From a virus: 64,000 nt of DNA. The position numbers and the translations under genes were made by a program. Positions 18,337 to 27,428 of the stretch are shown here, piece by piece. Numbering within the stretch: the first letter of the stretch is position 1; each line of letters starts with the position of its first letter. Under the pieces are notes generated by a model, which was given only the letters and a program-made list of their open reading frames with translations, was not told the origin of the DNA and searched no databases. The stretch spans positions 4,126 to 68,125 of IMG/VR virus record IMGVR_UViG_3300011230_000030; one strand, 5' to 3'.

Positions 18337-19039
18337 AACCGCCACCGAGACCAGCACCCAAAATTCTGGCGAAGGCGAGGGCAAGACCACCACCAGCACC
18401 ACGGAACAGCAGGGCACCGGCGGCAGTGGCCAGCCGGCAACCGAGGGTACGGGGAACGGAGGTGATGCGAAGGGCACCACCAGCACGGACACCAAGGACG
18501 AAGGCGGCGAGGCCGGCAAGTCCAAGGGCGACACCAGCGATGGCGCACCGGAGCAGTACGAGGCGTTCAAGGTGCCGGAGGGATTCACCCTCGAAGGCGA
18601 CCGCCTCGGGCAGGCCACCGAGTTCTTCAAGGCAAAGGGTTGGACGCAGGAACAGGCCCAGGAGGCCGTGGACTTGTATACCCAGATGGCCGGGCAGGAC
18701 GCGGCGGCACTGCAGCAAGCCGTGGAGGCTCAGCGCCTGCAGCAGCTGGAGCAGTGGGGCGCTGATGCCAAGCAGCAGTTGGGCGCCAAGTACGACGAAA
18801 CCGTCGGCCTGGCCACCACCGCGGTGAAGGCCATCAACGATCCCGAGTTGACCAAGGCGTTCAACGACCTGGGTTGGGGCAACCACCCGACCATGATCAA
18901 GGCGTTTGCCTTCTTCGGTGGCTTCCTTCGCGACAGCAAGGTGGACGGTCTCGGCGGCACCACGACCAGTGGCACCCAGAGCACCGGTGACCGCATGTAC
19001 CAATACGCCGACCGCCCTGCCGCACGCCAGCGCGACTGA
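18326..19039 (+). CDS. Capsid scaffolding/assembly protein
   Basis: Low-complexity N-terminus, APE.Y, GWGNHP; precedes capsid gene. Confidence 0.75.
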   Translation: MSTETATETSTQNSGEGEGKTTTSTTEQQGTGGSGQPATEGTGNGGDAKGTTSTDTKDEGGEAGKSKGDTSDGAPEQYEAFKVPEGFTLEGDRLGQATEFFKAKGWTQEQAQEAVDLYTQMAGQDAAALQQAVEAQRLQQLEQWGADAKQQLGAKYDETVGLATTAVKAINDPELTKAFNDLGWGNHPTMIKAFAFFGGFLRDSKVDGLGGTTTSGTQSTGDRMYQYADRPAARQRD

Positions 19040-19063
19040 GCCAACACAACAACCCATCCCACG

Positions 19064-19085
19064 GCCGCCGATTGGCGGCTTTTTC
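19064..19085 (+). terminator. Terminator-like hairpin
   Basis: GCCGCC-GATT-GGCGGC-TTTTT. Confidence 0.55.
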
Positions 19086-19104
19086 GTATCCAGAGGACTG
19101 AACA

Positions 19105-20097
19105 ATGGCAACTCTGACCCGTGATGTTCCGAACATCACCGACATCTCCACCCGCTACACCCAGGACGGCAAGCCGCTGCCGATCGCGGAGATCCTGACC
19201 AAGCGCAAGCCGGTCTTCCAGGACATCCCGTGGGTTGAAGCCAACACCACGAACGGTCACCGCATCGGCGTGGAAACGCAGCTGCCCGAGGCCGTTCTGC
19301 GCAAGCTCAACGCTGGCGTGAAGCCGTCGACCGGCAAGGCCGCCGACATCACCGAAGCCACTGCCGAGTTCGCGTCGCTGGGCCAGGTCGACAAGGTGCT
19401 GGCTGAGCTGTCGACCAACGTCTCCGATTTCCGCGTGAAGAAGAACGGCCGCCACATCGAGGCGATCGGCCAGAGCTTCGAGTCGCAGTTCTTCAACGGC
19501 TCCAAGATCCAGTCGGCCGGATTCGTGGGCCTGAAGGAGCGCTACGCCGACGCCACCGGCGACCTGTCGCGCCAGATCATTAAGCTGCCGGGCACTGGCA
19601 GCAATCTGACCTCGATCTGGGTCGTTGGCTGGGGCGATGACTCGGTGTACGGCATCTACGCCAAGGGCACCAAGGCCGGCATCCAGCACACCGATTACGG
19701 CGACGAACTGGTCGACGACGGCAACGGCGGCAAGTACCCGGCCTACCGCGACTGGTTTGCGCTGCAGGCCGGCCTGGCGGTTGAAGACCCGCGCTGCATC
19801 GCCCGCGTGGCGAACATCAAGGTCAGCACTCTGAAGGTCGACCCCGAGCCGAACACCGAGCTGGTGCTGATCAACGAGCTGATCAAGGCGACGCACCGCA
19901 TCGAGCGCCTGGAGAGCTTGAACACGGTGATCTACGTCAACCGCGACATTTACGAGTGGCTGGACATCCAGGCCAACAACCGCCGCATCCTGGCGCTGAA
20001 GCAGACCGAACTGAACGGTCAGCCGGTGAACACCTTCCGTGGCATCCCGATCCGCGTCAGCGACGCGCTCGCCTGGGATGAAGGTGCCGTTGCGTAA
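19105..20097 (+). CDS. Major capsid protein
   Basis: 330 aa; D.PW.EAN...GH, RKLN.GV, TSIW.V.WG, FRGIPIR..DA motifs. Confidence 0.92.
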   Translation: MATLTRDVPNITDISTRYTQDGKPLPIAEILTKRKPVFQDIPWVEANTTNGHRIGVETQLPEAVLRKLNAGVKPSTGKAADITEATAEFASLGQVDKVLAELSTNVSDFRVKKNGRHIEAIGQSFESQFFNGSKIQSAGFVGLKERYADATGDLSRQIIKLPGTGSNLTSIWVVGWGDDSVYGIYAKGTKAGIQHTDYGDELVDDGNGGKYPAYRDWFALQAGLAVEDPRCIARVANIKVSTLKVDPEPNTELVLINELIKATHRIERLESLNTVIYVNRDIYEWLDIQANNRRILALKQTELNGQPVNTFRGIPIRVSDALAWDEGAVA

Positions 20098-20156
20098 CTG
20101 ACCGACCCCGCTTCGGCGGGTGCTGAAAGTAAACCCACACAACTGGAGCAGGATCC

Positions 20157-20624
20157 ATGTCCCACATTGACGCACGCGCCGAGTTCTCCTCGGCGCAGGC
20201 GGTCACCGCGACCGCCATTTCGACCAACGTGATGAATCTGAAGGGCACCGGCCTTGCGCCGAATGCCACCGAAAACTTGGGCGCTCCGGCGATTACCTAT
20301 CTGGTGATCGTTGCCACCCAGGCTGCAGCAGCGGCAGGCGCTGCCACCGTCGTCGCGTCCTTGGAGTCGGCCGACAACGCCGCTCTGTCCACCAACCCGA
20401 GGGTGCACTACGCCACCGGCGCCTTGGCACTGGCCGACATGACCGCCGGTGCGGTTCTGGCGGTCGTGCCGCTGCCGGCGGGCGACTACAAGCAGTACCT
20501 GGGTGTGCGCTACACGGTGGCGACCGGGCCGCTGACTGCGGGCGCCTTCAACGCGTATCTGACGCTCGACCCGAGCATCTGGCGCGTGTACGCAGATGGC
20601 AAGCCGGCCACCCCGGCGTCCTGA
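20157..20624 (+). CDS. Bbp16-like capsid cement protein
   Basis: FS.AQAVTATA.STN, YL...YTVATGP.TAG.F.A.L. Confidence 0.8.
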   Translation: MSHIDARAEFSSAQAVTATAISTNVMNLKGTGLAPNATENLGAPAITYLVIVATQAAAAAGAATVVASLESADNAALSTNPRVHYATGALALADMTAGAVLAVVPLPAGDYKQYLGVRYTVATGPLTAGAFNAYLTLDPSIWRVYADGKPATPAS

Positions 20625-20642
20625 TCGCACCACTGGCAACAC

Positions 20643-20673
20643 AAGGCCGCCTTCGGGCGGCCTTCTTCTTTCT
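20643..20673 (+). terminator. Rho-independent terminator
   Basis: AAGGCCGCC-TTCG-GGCGGCCTT followed by CTTCTTTCT. Confidence 0.75.
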
Positions 20674-20682
20674 GGGTGAGCC

Positions 20683-21324
20683 ATGACCTCCCAAGTTGAA
20701 ATCTGCAACCTGGCCTTGGGCAAGCTGGCCCAGGACATCACGATCACCTCGCTGACCGAGCGCTCCAAAGAAGCGCGCGTGTTCTCGCGCCTGTGGGAGC
20801 CGTTGCGCGACCTGGTGCTGGCCGACCGGCTGTGGCCGTGGGCGATGAAGGCCCAGCGCCTGGCGGTCGCCGCAGAGGCGCCGATGCCGGGTTGGGAGAT
20901 CCGCTACGCGCGCCCGTCGGATTGCATCACAGTGCTGGCCATCACCGACGACCAGGGCACGCGCGCTGGACGCCGACTGTCGCGCTGGTGTGAGCCGCAG
21001 TTTCGCCAGCGCCACGGCATCCAGTTCGAACAGGCGATGGGCACCGATGGCACGTCGCTGCTGTGCGACCGGGCCGAGGCCTATCTGATCTACGTCGCCC
21101 GCGTGGAAGACCCGGAGCGCTACCCGGCGCACTTCGTGGATGCGCTGGCCTGCAAGCTGGCCGAGGAAGGCGCGCCGGCGATCATCGGCGCCAATGGGTT
21201 CTCCAACAAATCCGGCCTGAAGCAGCTGTACCAGCTCGCGCTCAGCCAGGCCGCGGCGCACGACTTCAACGAGGCCGACGAGGACGAGCGCCAGCCGTCC
21301 ATGGCCCAGATGGCGAGGGCCTGA
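20683..21324 (+). CDS. Tail tubular protein A (adaptor)
   Basis: S.V.ICNLAL..L, W.WA, Y..P.DC, F..ALA.KLA. Confidence 0.85.
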   Translation: MTSQVEICNLALGKLAQDITITSLTERSKEARVFSRLWEPLRDLVLADRLWPWAMKAQRLAVAAEAPMPGWEIRYARPSDCITVLAITDDQGTRAGRRLSRWCEPQFRQRHGIQFEQAMGTDGTSLLCDRAEAYLIYVARVEDPERYPAHFVDALACKLAEEGAPAIIGANGFSNKSGLKQLYQLALSQAAAHDFNEADEDERQPSMAQMARA

Positions 21325-21326
21325 CC

Positions 21327-22499
21327 ATGGCACGTCTGCTGCAACCGAGCATGTCCGGCGGCGAGCTGTCGCCCGGGCTCCAGGGTCGCGTCGACATGGT
21401 GCGCTATGCCATCAGCCTGAAGACCTGCCGCAACGTCATCACCAAGCCCACCGGTGGGGCTGAGAAGCGTCCGGGCTATCTATTCCGCGGCGGCGCCAAG
21501 CACAACGAACGCGCGACGCGCTTCATCCCGTTCATCTACTCGACCACGGTCAAGTATGCGATCGAGATGGGCGACGGCTACATGCGGTTCTGGGTAGGCG
21601 GCGCGCTGCTGCGCAATGGGGCGGGGGACATCGTCGAGGTGGCCACGCCCTACACCGGCGAGGACATCTACAAGGTGCGGCACACGCAGTCGGCCGACGT
21701 GCTGTTCCTGGTGCACCCGTGGATCCCGCCGAAGGAGCTGCGCCGCCTTGCTGTTGACCAGTTCGAACTGCGGGATTTCGAGTACCGGCGTGGTCCATTC
21801 CGCCCGTTCAACAACGACGAGGCCGCGCTGCTGGCTGTGTCCGGCACCCAGGGCGTGGTGACGGTGACGACCAATGTCCCGACTTTCACCGCGGAGATGG
21901 TCGGCTCGCTGCTGTACGCCGAGGAAAAGGAACTGCGCTCGGTGAAGCCGTGGGTAGCGGCGGAGAAGAAGGTGCCGCTGGGCGCACTTCGCCGGAGTGA
22001 CCAGAAGGTTTACCGCTGCGTGAGCGTCCCCGTGGTGACCGGCCTGGAAGGAACGCCGTACTACGTCTGCGGCAGCGTGCGCCCCGTGCACGACAGCGGC
22101 CGTGCGTTCGACGGCCCGCAGGACGTGAAGTTCGACAACGTCAACGACTACGCCGTCGGGGTCGAATGGGAATACGTGCATGGCGGGTTCGGAATCATGA
22201 AGATCACCGCGTTCACCAGCCCGTTCGAGGTCACCGCCACGGTGATCGAGCGGATCCCCGACAGCATCGTGGGCAACGTGCCGCCGCCGGTGGCGGGCCC
22301 GTGGACGTTCAGCGGCGACGGCACCACAAAACAGTTCTCCATCCCTGGCGCGACCAGCAGCAGCTACCTGGACTACCAGGTCAAGATCGATGGCGTGCCG
22401 GTTCAATCCAATCCGTACTACCCGGGTGGCAGCGGCACTGGCGGCACCAGTGGTGGCGGTATCGGTCGCGGCGGCAACGTCGCGCAGGAGGCGCAGTAA
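21327..22499 (+). CDS. Tail tubular protein B (nozzle), N-terminal part
   Basis: QPS.SGGELSP.L.GR.D...Y, GG..KRPG, RFIPF, QSADV motifs. Confidence 0.85.
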   Translation: MARLLQPSMSGGELSPGLQGRVDMVRYAISLKTCRNVITKPTGGAEKRPGYLFRGGAKHNERATRFIPFIYSTTVKYAIEMGDGYMRFWVGGALLRNGAGDIVEVATPYTGEDIYKVRHTQSADVLFLVHPWIPPKELRRLAVDQFELRDFEYRRGPFRPFNNDEAALLAVSGTQGVVTVTTNVPTFTAEMVGSLLYAEEKELRSVKPWVAAEKKVPLGALRRSDQKVYRCVSVPVVTGLEGTPYYVCGSVRPVHDSGRAFDGPQDVKFDNVNDYAVGVEWEYVHGGFGIMKITAFTSPFEVTATVIERIPDSIVGNVPPPVAGPWTFSGDGTTKQFSIPGATSSSYLDYQVKIDGVPVQSNPYYPGGSGTGGTSGGGIGRGGNVAQEAQ

Positions 22500-24142
22500 T
22501 GGCACAGGGCTGGACGATCGATCCCGGCGCGGACCTGATCAACTTCTACGAGGCACCGCCGACCGGCACCAACAACATCGTGGTGACGCAGTACGCGGCC
22601 GGCGCTGTCGGTGGAACCGACGTCTGGGCTGTCGGCGCATGGTCGTATCGCTACGGCTACCCTGGGGAGGTCGAGTTCTTCGGCGACCGCCTGTGGTTCG
22701 CCGGCAGCCCTGGCGATCCGCAGACCGTGTGGGCGTCGAACATCGGCGATTACCCCAACTTCGGCCGCAGCTCGCCGATCGTCGACAGTGACGCGGTGTC
22801 GTTCACGATCAATGCGCGCCAGGTGAACGCGATCCGCGACCTGGTGCCGCTGGACAGCCTGCTGGTGCTGACCACCGGCGGCGAATGGAAGGTCACAGGC
22901 GGGCAGGATTCAGTGGTGACGCCCAGCACCATCGGGATCAAGCCGCAGTCCGCCTATGGCACTGGCGACCTGCAAGCGCGGGTCCTGGGCGAGTCGGCGG
23001 TGTTCCTGCAGGCGCAGGGCCAGCGCGTGCGTGATCTGGCCTACCAGTTCGAGAAGGACGGCTTCCGCGGCAATGAGATCAGCATTTGGGCCGACCACCT
23101 TGTGCAGGGCTACACGTTCCGCGGCATCGAATACAGCACGGCGCCCTGGCCGATTCTGTGGATGCCGCGCACGGACGGTGTGCTGATCGGCTGCACGTAT
23201 ATGCCCGAGCAGGAGGTCACTGGCTGGCATCCGCACGAAACCGACGGTCAGGTGCTGGACGTCTGTTGCCTACCTGGCGAGATCGAAACCGAGGTCTACC
23301 TGCTGGTGCGCCGCCTCATCAACGGCGAATGGGTCCAGTACGTGGAGCAGATGGCACCGACCCGGTACGACGATCCACTCGATTGGAAGTATGCGGACAG
23401 CATGCTGACGTACGACGGCCGGCGTCCGAACGGCTCGTCGATGACCCTGGCCAGCACCGATGGGTGGAGCGAGGGCGCGGTGATAACGGCCACGACCGGC
23501 GCGGCAATCTTCAGCGGGGCAGGGGATGTGGGCAACATCCTGCGGCTGGCAGCTGGCGATGAACACGTGCGTGTACGGGTGATGACGGTGGTGTCGCCCA
23601 CGGTCGCGACGGTGGAATCGATCGGCTCAGTGCCGCTGGCGCTGCGCGGCGTCGCTGTGCAGGACTGGACCTACCAGCGCTCGGCGATCGCCGGCATGGG
23701 CCACCTGGAGGGCAAGGGCGTGGTGGCCCTGGTCGACGGAAACGTACAGAAGGACCTGCAGGTGGTCGACGGCAAGGTGCAGCTGCAGCGCCCGGGCGGC
23801 GTGGTGCACATCGGCCTGCCATACACCGCCCACATCGAGACGCTGGAGGTGAATGCCAACGGTGGTGACCCGCTGCGGCCGATGAAGAAACTCGCCTTCG
23901 AGGTAGCGCTGTTGGTGCGCAATACCCGCGGCGTCTACGTCGGCACCACGCTCGATACGCTGGATCCCATCGCACAGCGGGAGTTCGAGAACTACGACGA
24001 GCCCACGGGTGCGTACACCGGCGTCCTGACGAAGAACATGTCCTGCCGGTGGGGCGTGGACAGTGGCCACTTCCACATCATCAGCGACGACCCGCTGCCG
24101 ATGGAGATCCTGTCCCTGATGCCACAGGTGGTGGCGTCCTGA
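22499..24142 (+). CDS. Tail tubular protein B (nozzle), C-terminal part
   Basis: W..GAW....GYP..V.F..DRL.FAG, EQEV.GW..H.T, GLPY; AGGAG RBS and TAATG overlap. Confidence 0.85.
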   Translation: MAQGWTIDPGADLINFYEAPPTGTNNIVVTQYAAGAVGGTDVWAVGAWSYRYGYPGEVEFFGDRLWFAGSPGDPQTVWASNIGDYPNFGRSSPIVDSDAVSFTINARQVNAIRDLVPLDSLLVLTTGGEWKVTGGQDSVVTPSTIGIKPQSAYGTGDLQARVLGESAVFLQAQGQRVRDLAYQFEKDGFRGNEISIWADHLVQGYTFRGIEYSTAPWPILWMPRTDGVLIGCTYMPEQEVTGWHPHETDGQVLDVCCLPGEIETEVYLLVRRLINGEWVQYVEQMAPTRYDDPLDWKYADSMLTYDGRRPNGSSMTLASTDGWSEGAVITATTGAAIFSGAGDVGNILRLAAGDEHVRVRVMTVVSPTVATVESIGSVPLALRGVAVQDWTYQRSAIAGMGHLEGKGVVALVDGNVQKDLQVVDGKVQLQRPGGVVHIGLPYTAHIETLEVNANGGDPLRPMKKLAFEVALLVRNTRGVYVGTTLDTLDPIAQREFENYDEPTGAYTGVLTKNMSCRWGVDSGHFHIISDDPLPMEILSLMPQVVAS

Positions 24143-24615
24143 TGAAGATCACCGCAGAGCTGGTGCCGGCAGAGGCCGGCCACATCGAGGCGATCGCATC
24201 GGCGGCACGGCCGGCAGACGTAGCTGAACTGTGGGCATGCGCTCGCACCACGCCCGCCGAGGCCCTGCAGCGCGGCCTGGCCGGGAGCGCCGAAGCGTGG
24301 ACCGCGATGGTGCGCGGGGTGCCCGTGTGCATGTTCGGCGCCACGCCTTACTCGATTCTCGGCGGCATCGGCACGCCCTGGATGGTGGGCTCGACTGGCC
24401 TGAACCCGCTTGCGGTCCAGAAGGAACTGCTGCGCCTGTCGCGACCGGCCCTGGCCCGGATGCAGCAGGCGTTCCCCTCAATGCTGTTCAACGTGGTCGA
24501 CCAGCGCAACGAGGCCGCCCAGCGCTGGCTGCAATGGCTGGGCTTCCATTTCCTCGCGCCGGTGCCGGTCGGACCGGACAGCGCCCCTTTCCTCCCGTTC
24601 TACTGGAGCGCATAA
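24142..24615 (+). CDS. Internal virion protein A-like (GNAT-like fold)
   Basis: R.AD..E, G.PW, N.V..RN..A.RWL.WLGF. Confidence 0.8.
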   Translation: MKITAELVPAEAGHIEAIASAARPADVAELWACARTTPAEALQRGLAGSAEAWTAMVRGVPVCMFGATPYSILGGIGTPWMVGSTGLNPLAVQKELLRLSRPALARMQQAFPSMLFNVVDQRNEAAQRWLQWLGFHFLAPVPVGPDSAPFLPFYWSA

Positions 24616-24616
24616 C

Positions 24617-25186
24617 GTGTGCAATCCCGCCATCGCCCTTTTGGCGACAACGCTCGTCACCGGCGCGTATCAGGCCGATGTCCAGCGCAAGCAGGGCCAG
24701 GCCAGCGCGCAGGTGGCCGAGAACAACGCAGTGCTGGCCCAGCAAGAGGCCGACGCCAGCAACGCCTTGGCCACCCGCGAGATGGAGCAGCAGGCCTGGC
24801 GCACGCGGATTGCGCTGGGGCAGCAGCGCGCCGCGATCGCCGCCAACAACATCGACCCGACGCTCGGGACGCCGGCGGAGATCCTGGGCGAAACGGCGCT
24901 GTTCGGTGAGGTCGACCAGCAGACCATCCGAATGAACGCTGCGCGGCAGGCGTGGGGCTTCAACGCACAGGCCCAGAACCAGCGGACGCAGGGAGAGCTG
25001 GCCCGCTGGAGCGGTAACGCGCAGGCGACCGGCACGATCCTGGGCTCGCTCGCCAGTGCGGCCAGCATGGGCTTTGGAGGCATTGGTGGCGCCGGTGCTG
25101 GTGGTGCCGGTGGAAACCTGTCCGGGCAGGCCAACGCCATCACCATGCGCAACAACGCGCGCATCTCGCGCGGCTGGGGGCTGTGA
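24617..25186 (+). CDS. Internal virion (ejection) protein B-like
   Basis: GGAG RBS, GTG start, MCNP...; Gln/Ala-rich; position after the GNAT-like gene. Confidence 0.75.
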   Translation: MCNPAIALLATTLVTGAYQADVQRKQGQASAQVAENNAVLAQQEADASNALATREMEQQAWRTRIALGQQRAAIAANNIDPTLGTPAEILGETALFGEVDQQTIRMNAARQAWGFNAQAQNQRTQGELARWSGNAQATGTILGSLASAASMGFGGIGGAGAGGAGGNLSGQANAITMRNNARISRGWGL

Positions 25187-25187
25187 C

Positions 25188-27428
25188 ATGGCGACCCTGA
25201 TCCCCCGCACCAGCGGCCCGCAGGTCGAGGCCCAGCTGGGTCCGCAGGTCCGCAACACCGCACAGGTCGACCTGTCGCCGCTCAGCCGTACCGCAGGTGC
25301 CGTTGGCCAAGCGGCGGCCGACCTGTTCCAGCGGCAGAAGGACAGCGCAGACCTGACCGCCGTCATGGACGCCCGTCTGGAGCTTTCAAACTGGGAGGGC
25401 AATGCGTTCAACCCGGGCAATCCGGATGGCATCGCGAAGTACCAGGGCAAGAACGCGCTGCAGGCGAATGAGGCACTGCTGGGCGATCTGGATCAGCGCG
25501 TGTCTAGCCTCCGGGCGACCCTGTCCCGCGACCAGCAGCAGAAATTCGACCAGGTTGCCTTCAGCTTTCGGGACTCGGTGCAGAGCCGGCTCAACAACTA
25601 CGCCGACCGCGAATACAGCGCTTACGAGCGCACCCGCCTGAAGGCCAGCCTGGACAACATCGGCCAGGACGCCGTCAGCGCCGGCATGTCCGGCGACTTT
25701 GGGCTGGCCGACGTGCGGCTGCAGGAAGCCGTGGGCATCGCCAGCGCCGCCTATCAGACGCAGGGCATGGGCGCGGAAGCGATCAAGGCCAGCGAGCGCG
25801 GCATCGTATCGTCCGTGCGCAAGCAGACGGCTGCGGCGATGGCCACCCGCGACCCGTTTGCGGCAGAGGACTACTACCACCGCTACGCGGACCAGATGAC
25901 GCCGGAGGACCGCGCGCAGGTCGAGCGCACGCTGTACCCGGTGGTGAAGGACCGCGCGGCCTATGAACTGGCCCAGTCGCTGGCCGATGGCCGCGGTGCG
26001 GTCGAACCGTTGCCGGCGCCAGCGGCAAGGGGCACACCCTCTGCAGCAATCGCCAAGGCGATCGATGATGCCGCGAAGGCCGAGGGGCTGGACGCAGCAG
26101 GTCGCGCGGATCTGTATGCGCTGGCCGAACAGGAATCGGGATTCCGCGCCGACGCCGTCAACCCTGAAGTGCTGGATGACGGCGACCAGGCCACCGGCCT
26201 GTTCCAGTACCGCGCCACCAGCGCTGGCGGCATCGACCGCAAGGACGCTGCAGCGTCTGCCCGGCGCGCAGCTCGTGAGTATAAGGAACGGCTGGCCAAG
26301 GGCGGCCGGGCGTTCGCCATTGCCGCTCATTTCGCTGGAGAGGGTGGGGCCGATGCGGTGGTGAACCGTGGCCGCTCAGCGCAGAACCCGAAGACGGCGC
26401 TGTACGTGCGGCAGGTGATGGGCCGCTCCGCGCGGTGGGCGTCGTCCGCGATGCAGGGTGCAACACCGGGAACGCCGGCCGCTGCCGCTGCGACGGCCGC
26501 ACCGTCGACGCTGGCCGATGCCATTGCTGCGATCCCGCGGACCATGCCGCCGGACCAGCGTGCTGCTGCCGAGGGGTACCTGCGCGACATCTACGCGCAG
26601 CGCAAGGACAGGCTGGAGCAGGCGAAGAAGGCTGCGGCCATGTCGATCTACGACAAGGTGGCTGCCGCCGGCGCCAGCGTGCCGCTGTCGCAGGTTCTGG
26701 CTCCGGCCGAACTGGCGCTTGTGGGTCAGGATTCCAGCCTGTCCGAGTCGATCAACCGTTACCGGAAGCTGGTCGCCGAGGGGGCCGTGGTCCAGGACGA
26801 TCCCGAGACACTGGAGAACATCCAGCTCATGCAGGCCCTGCGGCCCACCGAGTTCGCCAAGCTGCCGCTCGGCCAGTACGCCGACAAGCTCAGCGGAAAG
26901 ACACTGAAGTCGCTGGCCGACGATCAGAACAAGGCCAACGACCCCGCGAAGCGGGCCGACTGGATGACCGACAACGAGCGGTTGGAGCGCGGGTTCCAGA
27001 TGCTGGGGTTCGGAAAGGACACCGACATATCCGGCAGTGGCTCGCAAGCGAAGAATGCCCCGCGGGACGCGTTGCGCGGCGAGTTCCGCATCGCCTACCA
27101 GAACGCGCATACAGCGTTCGTGCAGTCCACAGGCAAGAAGCCGACCCCTGAGCAGGCGGACGTGCTGCTGTCGGCCACGGCGAAGCAGTTTGCCCAGAAC
27201 CTGCAGTCTGGCCGCCTCGGCGCGATCCAGGAGAAGGACGGCAAGTTCAAGAACAACCCGAAGGTGAAGGTGGGTCTCTACAGCAGCGCGGCGCAGTTCG
27301 ACCTGCAGGTGAGCCAAGCCGACCGCGACGCGGTGCGGAGCGCATACGCCGATAAGTACGGCCGTCCCCCAACCGACGCCTGGGTCACCCAGTACCTCGC
27401 CCGCAAGAGCCAAGGAGCCAAGAAGTGA
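25188..27428 (+). CDS. Internal virion protein with lytic transglycosylase (SLT) domain
   Basis: ALAEQESGF...A, ATGLFQY, AAHFAG.G, T..YV..V. Confidence 0.82.
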   Translation: MATLIPRTSGPQVEAQLGPQVRNTAQVDLSPLSRTAGAVGQAAADLFQRQKDSADLTAVMDARLELSNWEGNAFNPGNPDGIAKYQGKNALQANEALLGDLDQRVSSLRATLSRDQQQKFDQVAFSFRDSVQSRLNNYADREYSAYERTRLKASLDNIGQDAVSAGMSGDFGLADVRLQEAVGIASAAYQTQGMGAEAIKASERGIVSSVRKQTAAAMATRDPFAAEDYYHRYADQMTPEDRAQVERTLYPVVKDRAAYELAQSLADGRGAVEPLPAPAARGTPSAAIAKAIDDAAKAEGLDAAGRADLYALAEQESGFRADAVNPEVLDDGDQATGLFQYRATSAGGIDRKDAAASARRAAREYKERLAKGGRAFAIAAHFAGEGGADAVVNRGRSAQNPKTALYVRQVMGRSARWASSAMQGATPGTPAAAAATAAPSTLADAIAAIPRTMPPDQRAAAEGYLRDIYAQRKDRLEQAKKAAAMSIYDKVAAAGASVPLSQVLAPAELALVGQDSSLSESINRYRKLVAEGAVVQDDPETLENIQLMQALRPTEFAKLPLGQYADKLSGKTLKSLADDQNKANDPAKRADWMTDNERLERGFQMLGFGKDTDISGSGSQAKNAPRDALRGEFRIAYQNAHTAFVQSTGKKPTPEQADVLLSATAKQFAQNLQSGRLGAIQEKDGKFKNNPKVKVGLYSSAAQFDLQVSQADRDAVRSAYADKYGRPPTDAWVTQYLARKSQGAKK

